Source: an uncultured Methanoregulaceae archaeon
Lineage (GTDB): Archaea; Halobacteriota; Methanomicrobia; Methanomicrobiales; Methanospirillaceae
NCBI GenBank assembly: GCA_963705255.1
Contig: OY970061.1
Location: 1,472,001 to 1,536,000 of the forward strand
Length of the DNA: 64,000 nucleotides
Direction: 5' to 3'
Shown: in pieces, positions 1 to 9,219 of the stretch
Layout of the letters: the number at the start of each line of letters is the position of its first letter
Position numbering within the stretch: the stretch's first letter is position 1
Position numbers and translations under genes: made by a program
The notes under the pieces: generated by a model
Told to the model about the DNA's origin: nothing
What the model saw: the letters and a program-made list of their open reading frames with translations, nothing else
Database searches by the model: none

Positions 1-763
1 GAACGGCAGCGGTCTGCGTCACCGTTGCCCCCGCAGGGTGGGCAGTCCGGTAGCCTTTCACGATATCGCGGAACTGGCTGCACAACGTCGCCAGCTGCTG
101 GTTTGCGGCCTGAACTGCTTTCCCGTCCTGGCTGTCGAACGCGGCCTTCAGTGCCGTGCCTTCCTGCTGGATCTGGTTTTCGACCGCCTGTGCCTGCGCA
201 ACATCGACACCTTTTGCCGTCAGTTTCGCGAGCACGCTGTTCCGTTCCTGGTCGTTGTGGGCGAACTCATCCATCCGGGCGGTCCCGCGGTCCGTCCACC
301 ACGTGGTCTTGAGGCTCTGGATCGCAGCCGACTGTGCCATGACCGAGGCGTTGACGCTCTCGCGGAGGGCCTTTCCGGTGCCGTTGTACTCCTTCAGCGA
401 TCCTCTTGCCGTGCTCATGAACTCCTTCCGGTCTGCACCCATCTGCGTATCCGCGGCTTTGATCTGATCAGCGGCGGTCATCGACTGCACCGAGGACTCT
501 GTGCCGGTGAACTGCGATTCAAGAGAAGAGAGCTGGCCTGTCCCGGCACCATTGCTGAGGGTACCGATATAGCTGATCGCCCCGTCCATCTGTGCCTGTC
601 CGATTGCGCCGGCATACGCCACTCCTGCCTGCATCGCGGTGATATGTTCAGGGTTGTCGTTCCATGAAGTCCCGTTCCCGAGAGCGCTCGCGGCCGGCAT
701 GATCGCCGCAACGAGGCAGATCATGCAGAAGCCGCACAGCACTGTTATCCTTGTGTTTTTCAT
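1..763 (-). CDS. Secreted alpha-helical hypothetical protein, runs off the left edge
   Basis: Manual translation from ATG at 763 (GGTGA RBS upstream): MKNTRITVLCGFCMICLVAAIMPAASA signal peptide, then Ala/Gln-rich helical sequence with no stop before base 1. Absent from the ORF track because it is open-ended. Confidence 0.75.
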   Translation of the reverse strand, partial: MKNTRITVLCGFCMICLVAAIMPAASALGNGTSWNDNPEHITAMQAGVAYAGAIGQAQMDGAISYIGTLSNGAGTGQLSSLESQFTGTESSVQSMTAADQIKAADTQMGADRKEFMSTARGSLKEYNGTGKALRESVNASVMAQSAAIQSLKTTWWTDRGTARMDEFAHNDQERNSVLAKLTAKGVDVAQAQAVENQIQQEGTALKAAFDSQDGKAVQAANQQLATLCSQFRDIVKGYRTAHPAGATVTQTAAV

Positions 764-1084
764 TTCTGTCACCTGTCTTCCCGGGTGTTGTTCCCACCCT
801 GATCACCCGTTGCCCGGAGGAGCTTATGTATTCATAAAATGGGAGCAGTGCTCCGTGTAAAAATGCGGGGTGAAACGTTGAACCCGCGGGTTAGACCATA
901 TCTGACTGGTCCTGGCGGACAACGGTGAAGTTACCCGAAATTCTCCGTTACGAACCAAAACACAAAGGCAATACAACGCGCCGGAACCGCACCCGGACAT
1001 AATAACGATAATCCGGCACGGTACAGCCTCCAACGCGCCGTTGATCGGGAAAAATCCAGATCAGTTTCAAAAGAGGAAAATTTT

Positions 1085-2279
1085 TCATCCGACCGGCATC
1101 AGGCCGGGGTGACTGCCGGTGATACTGCGGCCGCCACCCGGGGTGACAATGAATGTATTCTCGGTTCCGACCATCCCGATCCCCTTGATCCCTTTCTTGG
1201 GTTCGAGAGCGATGACCATCCCCTCTTCGAGCGGTGTGTCAAATCCCCTGGCGATCACCGGGTTTTCGGCGATCTCGAGGCCGATCCCGTGCCCGAGGAA
1301 CTGGACTTTCCGGTCCCCGTACCCCATGAAATTTTCGAGGAACGCAGGTTCGAGATCGGCCGTTACCGTCTCGTAGATCTGCGAGGGGACCGCGTCCGGC
1401 CTGAGGAGGGGGATGATGGCATCCTGGATCCCGAGGCACCGCCGGTGGACCGCGATGACTTCGTCCGGCAGCGTCCCGCCAAACACGTACGTCATGGTCT
1501 TGTCGGTGTGGTAGCCGTGATACCCGCAGCCGATGTCGCAGAAGATGAGGTCCCCCTTCCTGAGCTTCCGCTCCCGGCTGCCGAGCAGCGGGACGGCAGG
1601 CGACATCCCGGCATTGCCGCCGGGGCTGTCGAGGTAGGTCGGGTAGATGGAACTCTCGCCAAAGCCGATCAGCCCCAGCATGATCTCGGCCCCGGAGATC
1701 CCGAACCTGACGATCCCGTGGTGGCCTTCCCTCACCATGACTGCATAGAGCTCGCCCGAGAACTCGGCCTCGCTCATACCCTCGCGGAGGATACCCGGGG
1801 CGAGGTCCTCGAGGACATGGCGGTGGATGCTGCCCGCCCGCTCCATCAGCTCGCCGTTCGTACGGGCTCTTGACCGAGCGGATGTCTGCCACCACGCCAT
1901 CGACCGTCCCCGCATCGCTGAAGGCGAAATGTTTCCGGAGCCGCTGGTACGTGGCGAGCGATACCTGTTCGGTCTCCAGATACACGGTCCTGGGAATCGC
2001 ACCCGTTGCTTCTGCCGCTGTCCGGTAACTCTGCATCGGGCGGATCTGCGGGAAACGGGATTCGTCCACTGCACGTGCATAACTCCGGCGGACCCAGAGG
2101 ACAGGTTCACGTTCGCGTGGGATGAGCAGTATCCCGTCCTGCATCGTCCCGGTAAAATAGTAGAGGTTGACGTTGCTGGAGATGAGCGCAAGCTCCCAGC
2201 CGGGGTTCACGGTGTCCATCCTTACCCGGAAACGCTTCAGCCGGTCGTTGAGCTCACTAAGCGGGACCTTCGTGTGCAT
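1085..2279 (-). CDS. Xaa-Pro peptidase (M24 family), frameshift near 1860
   Basis: Creatinase-N-like N-terminus (MHTKVP..NLYYFTG..IRSVKSPYE) in one frame; M24 catalytic motifs (DIG, TDKT, GHGIG, EP, GTEN) in ORF 1085..2191. Confidence 0.85.
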
Positions 2280-2414
2280 GCAGTACTGGTGTTGATTTTT
2301 AAAACCAAATAACTGGTGGCAGGAATTGATGGGTCCGGAAGTCCCTGGTTGCTTCCGCCCGGCCATGCTCCATTCCGCAGCTCCCGGTATGAGCCTCCCG
2401 GACAGAATTTCAGC

Positions 2415-4082
2415 TTAATGAGGGGCAAACCGGTACTGTCCCCCCGGCACGCTGATCTCGAACCGGACACCCTTACCGGGCTCTCCGTTCTCATCAATCT
2501 TCATACCATAGATTTCAAGGATATCGTGGACAAAGAAGAGGTCAAACCCGGTCATCTTGCCAAAACTCCTGGTGAACAGGTCATGTTTTTGGTCTTCCGG
2601 AATCCCGACTCCGTCGTCCTGGTAGACCAGGGTGCATCCGGATGCAGATTCACGGGCGGTGATCCGGATTTCTGTAACCTTTTTCCCGTGCTTCACCGAG
2701 TTGTCGATAAGGTGCCAGAACACTTTTTCGATGACCGGATCTGCGTATATCTCCAGGTTCTCCGCTTCGTTCGTGATCCGGACAGATCCTGCCAGACCCG
2801 TGCTGCGGATGGTGTCCAGGAGACTCCCGAGACGGTGCCAGCGGGGGGACTGCTGGCCGATCTCCTGGTATTCCTTGGTATACAGGATCTGCTGCTGGAT
2901 CACCTTGAGGATCTCTTCCTCGCGTATGCGGAATTCCTCAGCGGTATGGTCGGTAATGTGCTCCCTGCTCAGCTCGACATATCCCTGCAGTCCGGAAATC
3001 TTGTTGTAGATATCATGCCACGCAACCGTATTCATCAGGTTCAGTTTCTGGTTCGCGATCTGCAGGGCCTGCTCCTGCTTCTTGCGCTCGGTGATGTCCT
3101 CGGAAAAGATGACGATTCCGCCGATCGTGTTGTCGGCTGTGAACCACGGGCGCACCTCCCAGCTGAGCCACTGGACCGTTCCGTCTGCCCGCACGAACCG
3201 ATCCTCATCGGCGTGAACAACTTCGCCCGCAAGGCCGCGGCTGTGTACGGCCTTCCAGTAGTCCGGGATCTCGGGAAGGATCTCATAGTAAGATCGGCCA
3301 AGGATCTCCCGGTCTTCGAGATGATAGTCCGCTATCCATCTGCGGCTGGCCGCAATGTAGTGCATATCGCGGTCGAACATGGCGAGGGCGGCGGGCGCGT
3401 GCAGGATGAAGAGCCGGAGTTTCTCCTCGCTCTCCCGGAGCGTCTCCTCGGCCCGTTTGCTTTCGGTGATATCCCGGACGATAGTCCCCAGACCAGCCGG
3501 CTGTCCTGTATCGTCCCGGAGAAGGAACGCGCGTAATGCCACGGGGAAGATCGTACCGTCCTTTCTCCGGTATTCTTTCTCGTAGACATCAGAATAGCCG
3601 AGCAGCAGGACCTGTTCTTTCAGGATCTTCTCCTCGGACTCATGCCATTTCTCCGGGGTGATATCGCGGTAGGTGAACCCCCGGAGCTCTTCATCGGAAT
3701 AGCCCAGCATCTCCCGGAACGCAGGATTGTATTCTTTTATCCGGCCTGCCATGTCTACACTTGCGAATGCATCCCTCATGCTCTCGTAGAGCTTCCGGTA
3801 CCGGGTCTCGTACTGGAACAGCAGCTGCTGTTGTTTTTCTGATGCACCCGTGAAGTAATGGATGAGACCGTAGAGCAATAGTGTCGTGACGATGATGAAC
3901 CCGAACCCCTTGAGCTCCGAGTAGAGCAGGAACGCGTCCGATCCGCCGGTTATTGCAAACGCGAGGTTATCGGAAAAAAAGATCCAGGCAAGACCGATCA
4001 CAAGGTAGACCAGTGCCACCTTCAGGGCACCTGATTGCAGGAAGGCCCGGAACCGGTCCCGTGCTGAGGGTGCCATGAACAC
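2415..4082 (-). CDS. Membrane-anchored PAS-domain sensor histidine kinase
   Basis: Two N-terminal TM helices, two PAS/PAC domains, H-box (WHDIYN), HATPase motifs (DNSVKHG, DDGVGI, GVRFEI). Confidence 0.9.
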   Translation of the reverse strand: MFMAPSARDRFRAFLQSGALKVALVYLVIGLAWIFFSDNLAFAITGGSDAFLLYSELKGFGFIIVTTLLLYGLIHYFTGASEKQQQLLFQYETRYRKLYESMRDAFASVDMAGRIKEYNPAFREMLGYSDEELRGFTYRDITPEKWHESEEKILKEQVLLLGYSDVYEKEYRRKDGTIFPVALRAFLLRDDTGQPAGLGTIVRDITESKRAEETLRESEEKLRLFILHAPAALAMFDRDMHYIAASRRWIADYHLEDREILGRSYYEILPEIPDYWKAVHSRGLAGEVVHADEDRFVRADGTVQWLSWEVRPWFTADNTIGGIVIFSEDITERKKQEQALQIANQKLNLMNTVAWHDIYNKISGLQGYVELSREHITDHTAEEFRIREEEILKVIQQQILYTKEYQEIGQQSPRWHRLGSLLDTIRSTGLAGSVRITNEAENLEIYADPVIEKVFWHLIDNSVKHGKKVTEIRITARESASGCTLVYQDDGVGIPEDQKHDLFTRSFGKMTGFDLFFVHDILEIYGMKIDENGEPGKGVRFEISVPGGQYRFAPH

Positions 4083-4524
4083 ACTCTCACGAAGCGAACC
4101 GCAATAAACGTTTGCCTGCCGGAAGATTTTCAGGTGCGCTCCGGTGAAAAAGGTGAATCGTTAAAAGATCCCCGCAATCCCGCATTATCGGTGAACTGGT
4201 GGACCGGCACCTCAACCGGGCGGAGATCCCGTCCGGGTCGACTGCATATCTTCCCGATCGTATCAGCAGGCACCACCGGGGACGCGGGTACCGGCCGGTC
4301 ATCCGTGCTGCTGCCTGCACCATCCCTGCATCCTGCCGGTCATCCGGGATTCGTGTATCTGGTCCGGGTTAGGGGGGTCGGATGGGGTCGGGCACCAAAA
4401 AAATGAAGCCACACGCGATCTCGAATCTCATTTTTGACTTCCCCTTTGAGCGTTATCTGCAGATGTTCAATTATCGCGATCTCAAGGAGGGTTGTGGGAG
4501 GGTGGAGGATCAGCGTGGTACGAT

Positions 4525-4666
4525 ATTACCCCATCCGACCCCCCAGAACTCTTTGTATTTCTGGGCAGATTTTTTGTATATTTTTGTGTGATTTTATGAC
4601 GTAAAGTTTTGAGTGAGTGGTGGCTTGGGCAGGCTGGATTGGGAGGGGGGGGTCGGATGGGGTAAT
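4525..4666. repeat. Perfect 20-bp inverted repeat (ATTACCCCATCCGACCCCCC) around a 102-bp spacer
   Basis: 4525-4544 is the exact reverse complement of 4647-4666. Further copies at 7818-7837 (full) and 4372-4388 (17 bp). Confidence 0.85.
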
Positions 4667-4929
4667 GTTGGTGGCACGACGGGATTTCTCCGGAGATGTG
4701 CCGTACGCCAAACGAAGGCACCCGGAGGAAATACTCCCCCCGGAATTTTTGCCTGATTGGTAACCAAGAGCCAGAGAACAGAACAGGCGCCACAACCTGC
4801 CAGCTACGGCCATGAAGTTCTCCGTTCTCTCCGGAAATACCCGGGTGCAGGTACATCACGTAAGTTTTATCTGATCGGGAATTCTTTCTTAATTTTTCTG
4901 GTTGATGGTGACAGGGACGGGATCTTTCG

Positions 4930-6405
4930 ATGTTTGAACGGTTTGATCTGGCAAAAAAAACTGAAGACAAGGTGTTTCAGAAGGATATCGAACCAATGCA
5001 AAGGCAGCTGGGAATTTTTCAGAGGGATCTCCGGGATAAAAAAATACCGGTGATAATTGTCGTTGAAGGCTGGAATGCCTCCGGCATCACGATGGTGATG
5101 AACGAACTCATCCAGTTCCTGGATCCCCGTGGCTTCTCCCTGCACTCGATCGGTTCACCCTCCGACGCAGAGAGGACCCGGCCATTATTATGGCGGTTCT
5201 GGGAAAAAATCCCTGCGAAGGGACGCATCGCCCTCTTTGCCCGGAGCTGGTACAGCCGCTCACTTGCAGAGATAATTTCAGGGATCGAGTGGAAACGGGG
5301 AGTCAGACATTCCTTGTCGCAGATCAACCAGTTCGAACGCCAGCTGGCTGATGACGGAACCATCATTATTAAATTTTTTCTCCACATCAGCAAGGAAGAG
5401 CAGAAGAAACGCCTGGATGAACGTGAACAAAACCCATTGACGTCGTGGATGATCACCAAAGGCGACTGGGATTTTCATAACCAGTATGACAGTTATCTTC
5501 CTGTTATTGAGGACTATATTGAAGGGACCGACCGTCCTTACGCCCCGTGGATGATAATTGAGGCCACTGACAGGAATTACACGATCCTCAAGGCCTTTTC
5601 AGCAGTGATAAAGACACTGGAAAAAAACCTGGCAGCATCAGATAAAAATGCCTTAGAAAAGAATGGGAATTCCGAGGTTAACAGACCAAAGAAAGTCGAG
5701 GTCAAACGGAAATCCTTTCCCGCAGTTGCCCTGACCCGGCCTGAATACGAACAAAATTTGATCATGTACCAGCAGCAGGTCCGGGAGATCCAGTACCGGT
5801 TGTACAAAAGGAAGATCCCGCTTATTATTGTCTATGAAGGATGGGACGCAGCAGGTAAAGGAGGCAACATCATGCGCCTTGTCCGGCACATGAACCCGCG
5901 GGGGTATGATGTCATTCCCATATCCCGGCCAAATGATACGGAAAACGAGTATCACTATCTCCGGAGGTTTGTCCGGAAGTTCCCGGGAGAGGGACAGATA
6001 ACGATCTTCGATCGGAGCTGGTACGGGCGTGTTCTTGTCGAACGGATCGAAGGCTTCTGTTCCGGGACCGAATGGAAACGGGCATACAACGAGATCAATG
6101 AGATGGAAGAGACGTACGTGGAAGACGGCGGGGGGCTGATAAAATTCTGGCTCGAAATCGATAAAAATGAGCAGATCCGGCGGTTCAGGCAGCGGGAAAA
6201 GGATCCGTTCAAACAGTGGAAGATCACCGATGAGGACTGGAGGAACCATGAGAAATGGAATCTCTATGATGAGGCAGTCGATGAAATGCTCGCCCGTACA
6301 AACACTCCCGTCGCTCCCTGGACCGTTGTTGAATCCGGTAATAAATGGTATGCACGGCTGAAAACCCTGCAGACCGTCATTTCCTATGGTGAACAGTTCC
6401 TGTGA
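4930..6405 (+). CDS. pap: Polyphosphate:AMP phosphotransferase (two-domain PPK2)
   Basis: Two PPK2 domains: EGWNASG..RSWY and EGWDAAGKGG..FDRSWYGRVLVER..WKIT.ED. Confidence 0.9.
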   Translation: MFERFDLAKKTEDKVFQKDIEPMQRQLGIFQRDLRDKKIPVIIVVEGWNASGITMVMNELIQFLDPRGFSLHSIGSPSDAERTRPLLWRFWEKIPAKGRIALFARSWYSRSLAEIISGIEWKRGVRHSLSQINQFERQLADDGTIIIKFFLHISKEEQKKRLDEREQNPLTSWMITKGDWDFHNQYDSYLPVIEDYIEGTDRPYAPWMIIEATDRNYTILKAFSAVIKTLEKNLAASDKNALEKNGNSEVNRPKKVEVKRKSFPAVALTRPEYEQNLIMYQQQVREIQYRLYKRKIPLIIVYEGWDAAGKGGNIMRLVRHMNPRGYDVIPISRPNDTENEYHYLRRFVRKFPGEGQITIFDRSWYGRVLVERIEGFCSGTEWKRAYNEINEMEETYVEDGGGLIKFWLEIDKNEQIRRFRQREKDPFKQWKITDEDWRNHEKWNLYDEAVDEMLARTNTPVAPWTVVESGNKWYARLKTLQTVISYGEQFL

Positions 6406-6574
6406 CCGTTCAGGGAACGATCGCGCAGGTGTGTCATACCAAACGTGATGGCTCCCCGCCTGCCTGGGAAGTGCCCTTCATTTCCGGGCAGGTTCCCGGT
6501 AAAGGGGCACGGAACATCGAGGTTGCAGTTTGAAACATCAGCCCTGAATCAGTTTCTCATTCATAATTGTCATG

Positions 6575-6610
6575 AATCGACAACCAAATCGACAACCAAA
6601 TCGACAACCA
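6575..6610. repeat. 3 x 12-bp tandem repeat AATCGACAACCA
   Basis: Directly visible perfect tandem repeat between pap and the Fic gene. Confidence 0.9.
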
Positions 6611-6673
6611 TGGAGAGAATCCGGTGGGCTTTTTAAGGGCAGTTCCATCCCAGAATTTTGAGAGATTAACAGG

Positions 6674-7726
6674 TTATACCATCACATACCGTGTGGCACG
6701 CCCCCTTCTTTCAGTTTTTATAAGATTCCGCGCTCTCATCCCGGCAAGTTCCTTGCCCGCGGCCTGACGGGAAATGCCATACAGCCGCATCAGATCCCCG
6801 CTCTTCACCGATCCATTGGCGTGGATGTACTCAATGATCTTCATCTGCCGCTCGGACAGCGCCACCTGTCCGCCGGACACCTTCCGGTGCTCATCTGACG
6901 AGAGCAGCAGCACCCGCTCTTTCACCCGGTGCAGCGAGATCTCCACGCCCTCCGTGAAGTATTCCAGCCATACCGTGCAATCCGGATAGGTCGGGTTCAC
7001 CGCTTTGAGCACTGCATAGTAGGCAGGCCGGTCGCTGTCGTAAAAATCATCCAGCGTGAAGAACCGTTTGATATCGAACTCCCGCATCGCAAGGATGAGC
7101 GTGGCAAGCGCCCGGGCCGTCCGCCCGTTGCCGTCTACGAACGGGTGAATCCGTACGAGTTCGTAATGCGCAATCCCGGCAACGAGGACCGGGTGCATCT
7201 GGTGCGCCTCATCGGAATTCAGCCAGGTGGCGAGAGCGGCCATCAGAAGGGGAACCTCTTTTACGGGTGGTGGTGAATACACCACTTCTTTTGTTTGACG
7301 GTTCCCGACCACGACCCGGACCTTCCGGAACGCCCCCTCCTGTGCCGGGTCATCGAGGGTTCCCTGCGTTATGTCGCGGTGGAGCTCGAGGATATGTCCT
7401 TCCAGGATCTGCCCGCCGTTCTGGTAGGTATCGATATGTTCCAGCACCCGCAGGTAATTGAGCACCTCGGCTTTTGCCCGCCGGGCCGCCATCACGTCCC
7501 GGCCTTCCGCCAGCCGGCTCACCTCTTCGAGCGAAAGCGGGTTCCCCTCAATCGCGGTGGAGGCGTGTGCAGCCCGGATGAGCTGCTCCCGGCGGATAGA
7601 AACCTCCCATTTCGGTACGAGATGTGCATGGAGGATGACTTCCCGGGCTGCAGCAATTGCCGCAAGCCGTTTCACCATTTCATGGCTGTAGGTGAATGCC
7701 GGTGAAAATGTGCGGGAATCTTTCAT
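6674..7726 (-). CDS. Fic family protein with C-terminal winged HTH
   Basis: Fic motif HPFVDGNGRTAR, class II inhibitory-like STAIEGN motif, C-terminal HTH (LSERQMKIIEYI..GISRQAA). Confidence 0.93.
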   Translation of the reverse strand: MKDSRTFSPAFTYSHEMVKRLAAIAAAREVILHAHLVPKWEVSIRREQLIRAAHASTAIEGNPLSLEEVSRLAEGRDVMAARRAKAEVLNYLRVLEHIDTYQNGGQILEGHILELHRDITQGTLDDPAQEGAFRKVRVVVGNRQTKEVVYSPPPVKEVPLLMAALATWLNSDEAHQMHPVLVAGIAHYELVRIHPFVDGNGRTARALATLILAMREFDIKRFFTLDDFYDSDRPAYYAVLKAVNPTYPDCTVWLEYFTEGVEISLHRVKERVLLLSSDEHRKVSGGQVALSERQMKIIEYIHANGSVKSGDLMRLYGISRQAAGKELAGMRARNLIKTERRGRATRYVMV

Positions 7727-7885
7727 GTCATATCCCTTATGTTCTCTTTTGCACTCCGGCCTTCATGGTTATTGCGGTTCGGATCACGATCAGGAACCCT
7801 AGCCGGAAAAGACTATGGGGGGGTCGGATGGGGTAATTTTGTTTTCAGGTGGTCCCTCCGGACCTTTCCCGGGACATTTCCGGCC

Positions 7886-8188
7886 CGATCTGAGTTGGGC
7901 CGGAATTTTTTTTGACGCGATCTGACATGAGCCAAAAATATTTTTGGGCCGATCTGAGTTGAGGCAAATTTATTTTTGGCGCGACCGGCGCGTGTCTGAC
8001 AGCGGGTGTTCAGATGTGAAACTTATTTTTGGGGAGGGGGTCCCAAATATTTTTCTGGCTCGTACTGAGTTGAGGCAAAACATTCCCCGGCGCGATCCGA
8101 GTTGGGCCGGAATTTTTTTTGGCGGGATCGGACATGAGGCAAAAATAATTTTGGAGAAGACTGAGTTGAGCCGGAATAATTTTTGGGA
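7886..8188. repeat. Imperfect 32-bp tandem repeat array (7 clear units)
   Basis: Units start at 7886, 7918, 7950, 8061, 8093, 8125, 8157; approximate consensus CGATCTGAGTTGAGSCRRAAWWWTTTTTGGCG. Confidence 0.85.
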
Positions 8189-8913
8189 GGTCGCGGGCGA
8201 TAGGTTTCTGGTTTGCCCATATTGGGTGGTTTGATTTAAGGGTACCCGTTATGATCGTACTATCAGGGAGTTCTTGCACTACCCGGATCACCGCCGGAGA
8301 CCTCCTCCTGCCTCTCCAGTACCACCCTTCGGAGGACCTCATCTATAAGTCCCCGATCCGGGTCCTGTACGAGCCCGGATTACCTCTCCGGGAGGGTAGT
8401 TTCCGGAATTAGATGCGAAAAAGTGCGAATTCCGGCACATTTTTTCCGGGAACACGTTTTCCACAGGATTTACGGCAAATGGAGCATTTTCCTTTGAACT
8501 ATAAAACGCTATTGTACGCTTTTGGGAGGCGAAACTCAAGGCCGATCGGCCTTCGGGTTCCGCACCCGTTTTTCGGCCCGCAAAATGGGGATACGTGAGG
8601 CTTTTTGCGGGGTGTTTTTTGGCGGTTTTCCGGGCATTGTCCCGGAATATGTTTTTGGTGGAGATCGTGCGTCCAAATGCCCCCAAATACCGTCTCCATA
8701 TTATCGACGTGAAACCAGGCAAATTTCCGGGAAATACTTCCTCGTTTTCGTGAATTACTGTCTCTGTTATGAGAAATCGGGGAAAACGGGGGCTGGAATG
8801 GGGCCGGATTAAAGGCATTCTGACTAGGCTAAAAATGGAGTGGGTTCACCCCCCTCGCAGATGGGGGCCGCCGGACTGCCAATATGAGAATGGACTTCCT
8901 TCATTACCCGAGT

Positions 8914-9042
8914 CGGTCCTGATTATGCCGGAATTTTTTTGGCGCAATCCGCGGTACGAGACAAAAAATTTCCGGCGCGATTAGAGATGATACAAGAATA
9001 TTTTTGGAGAGTACTGAGTTGAGCTAGGAAAATTATTGGGGA
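8914..9042. repeat. Second, more degenerate block of the 32-bp repeat (about 4 units)
   Basis: Units start near 8914, 8945, 8978, 9010; they share GCCGGAATTTTTTTGGCG and TACTGAGTTGAG with the first array. Confidence 0.7.
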
Positions 9043-9219
9043 GGTTGCTAGCTGAGGACTTCAGCTGTGTATTGAGCAAATTTGAGTTTTTTATTGGGTG
9101 GAGAGTAGTTAACGGGTCTATGAAGCGATTTCACGGCATGTGATCTTTTCGGAAGGAAATGATCATCCAGAATTCGATCCTTCTAATGAATTTTGTTTGC
9201 GATAGTTTCAATTGATCGG

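Noticed and set aside
2316-3536. Long antisense ORFs (also 17337-18662, 22934-24664, 13752-14642 and others)
   Set aside because: These are shadow ORFs opposite well-supported GC-rich genes and carry no motifs.
4525-4666. Replication origin (ORB pair around an unwinding element)
   Set aside because: The motif does not match the canonical ORB consensus and no orc1/cdc6 gene is nearby.
6575-6610. Functional significance of the 3x12-bp repeat
   Set aside because: Too short to interpret; it reads VVDL repeats on the minus strand and may be a gene remnant.
7886-8188. CRISPR array
   Set aside because: Units are directly adjacent with no unique spacers, and no cas genes are present.
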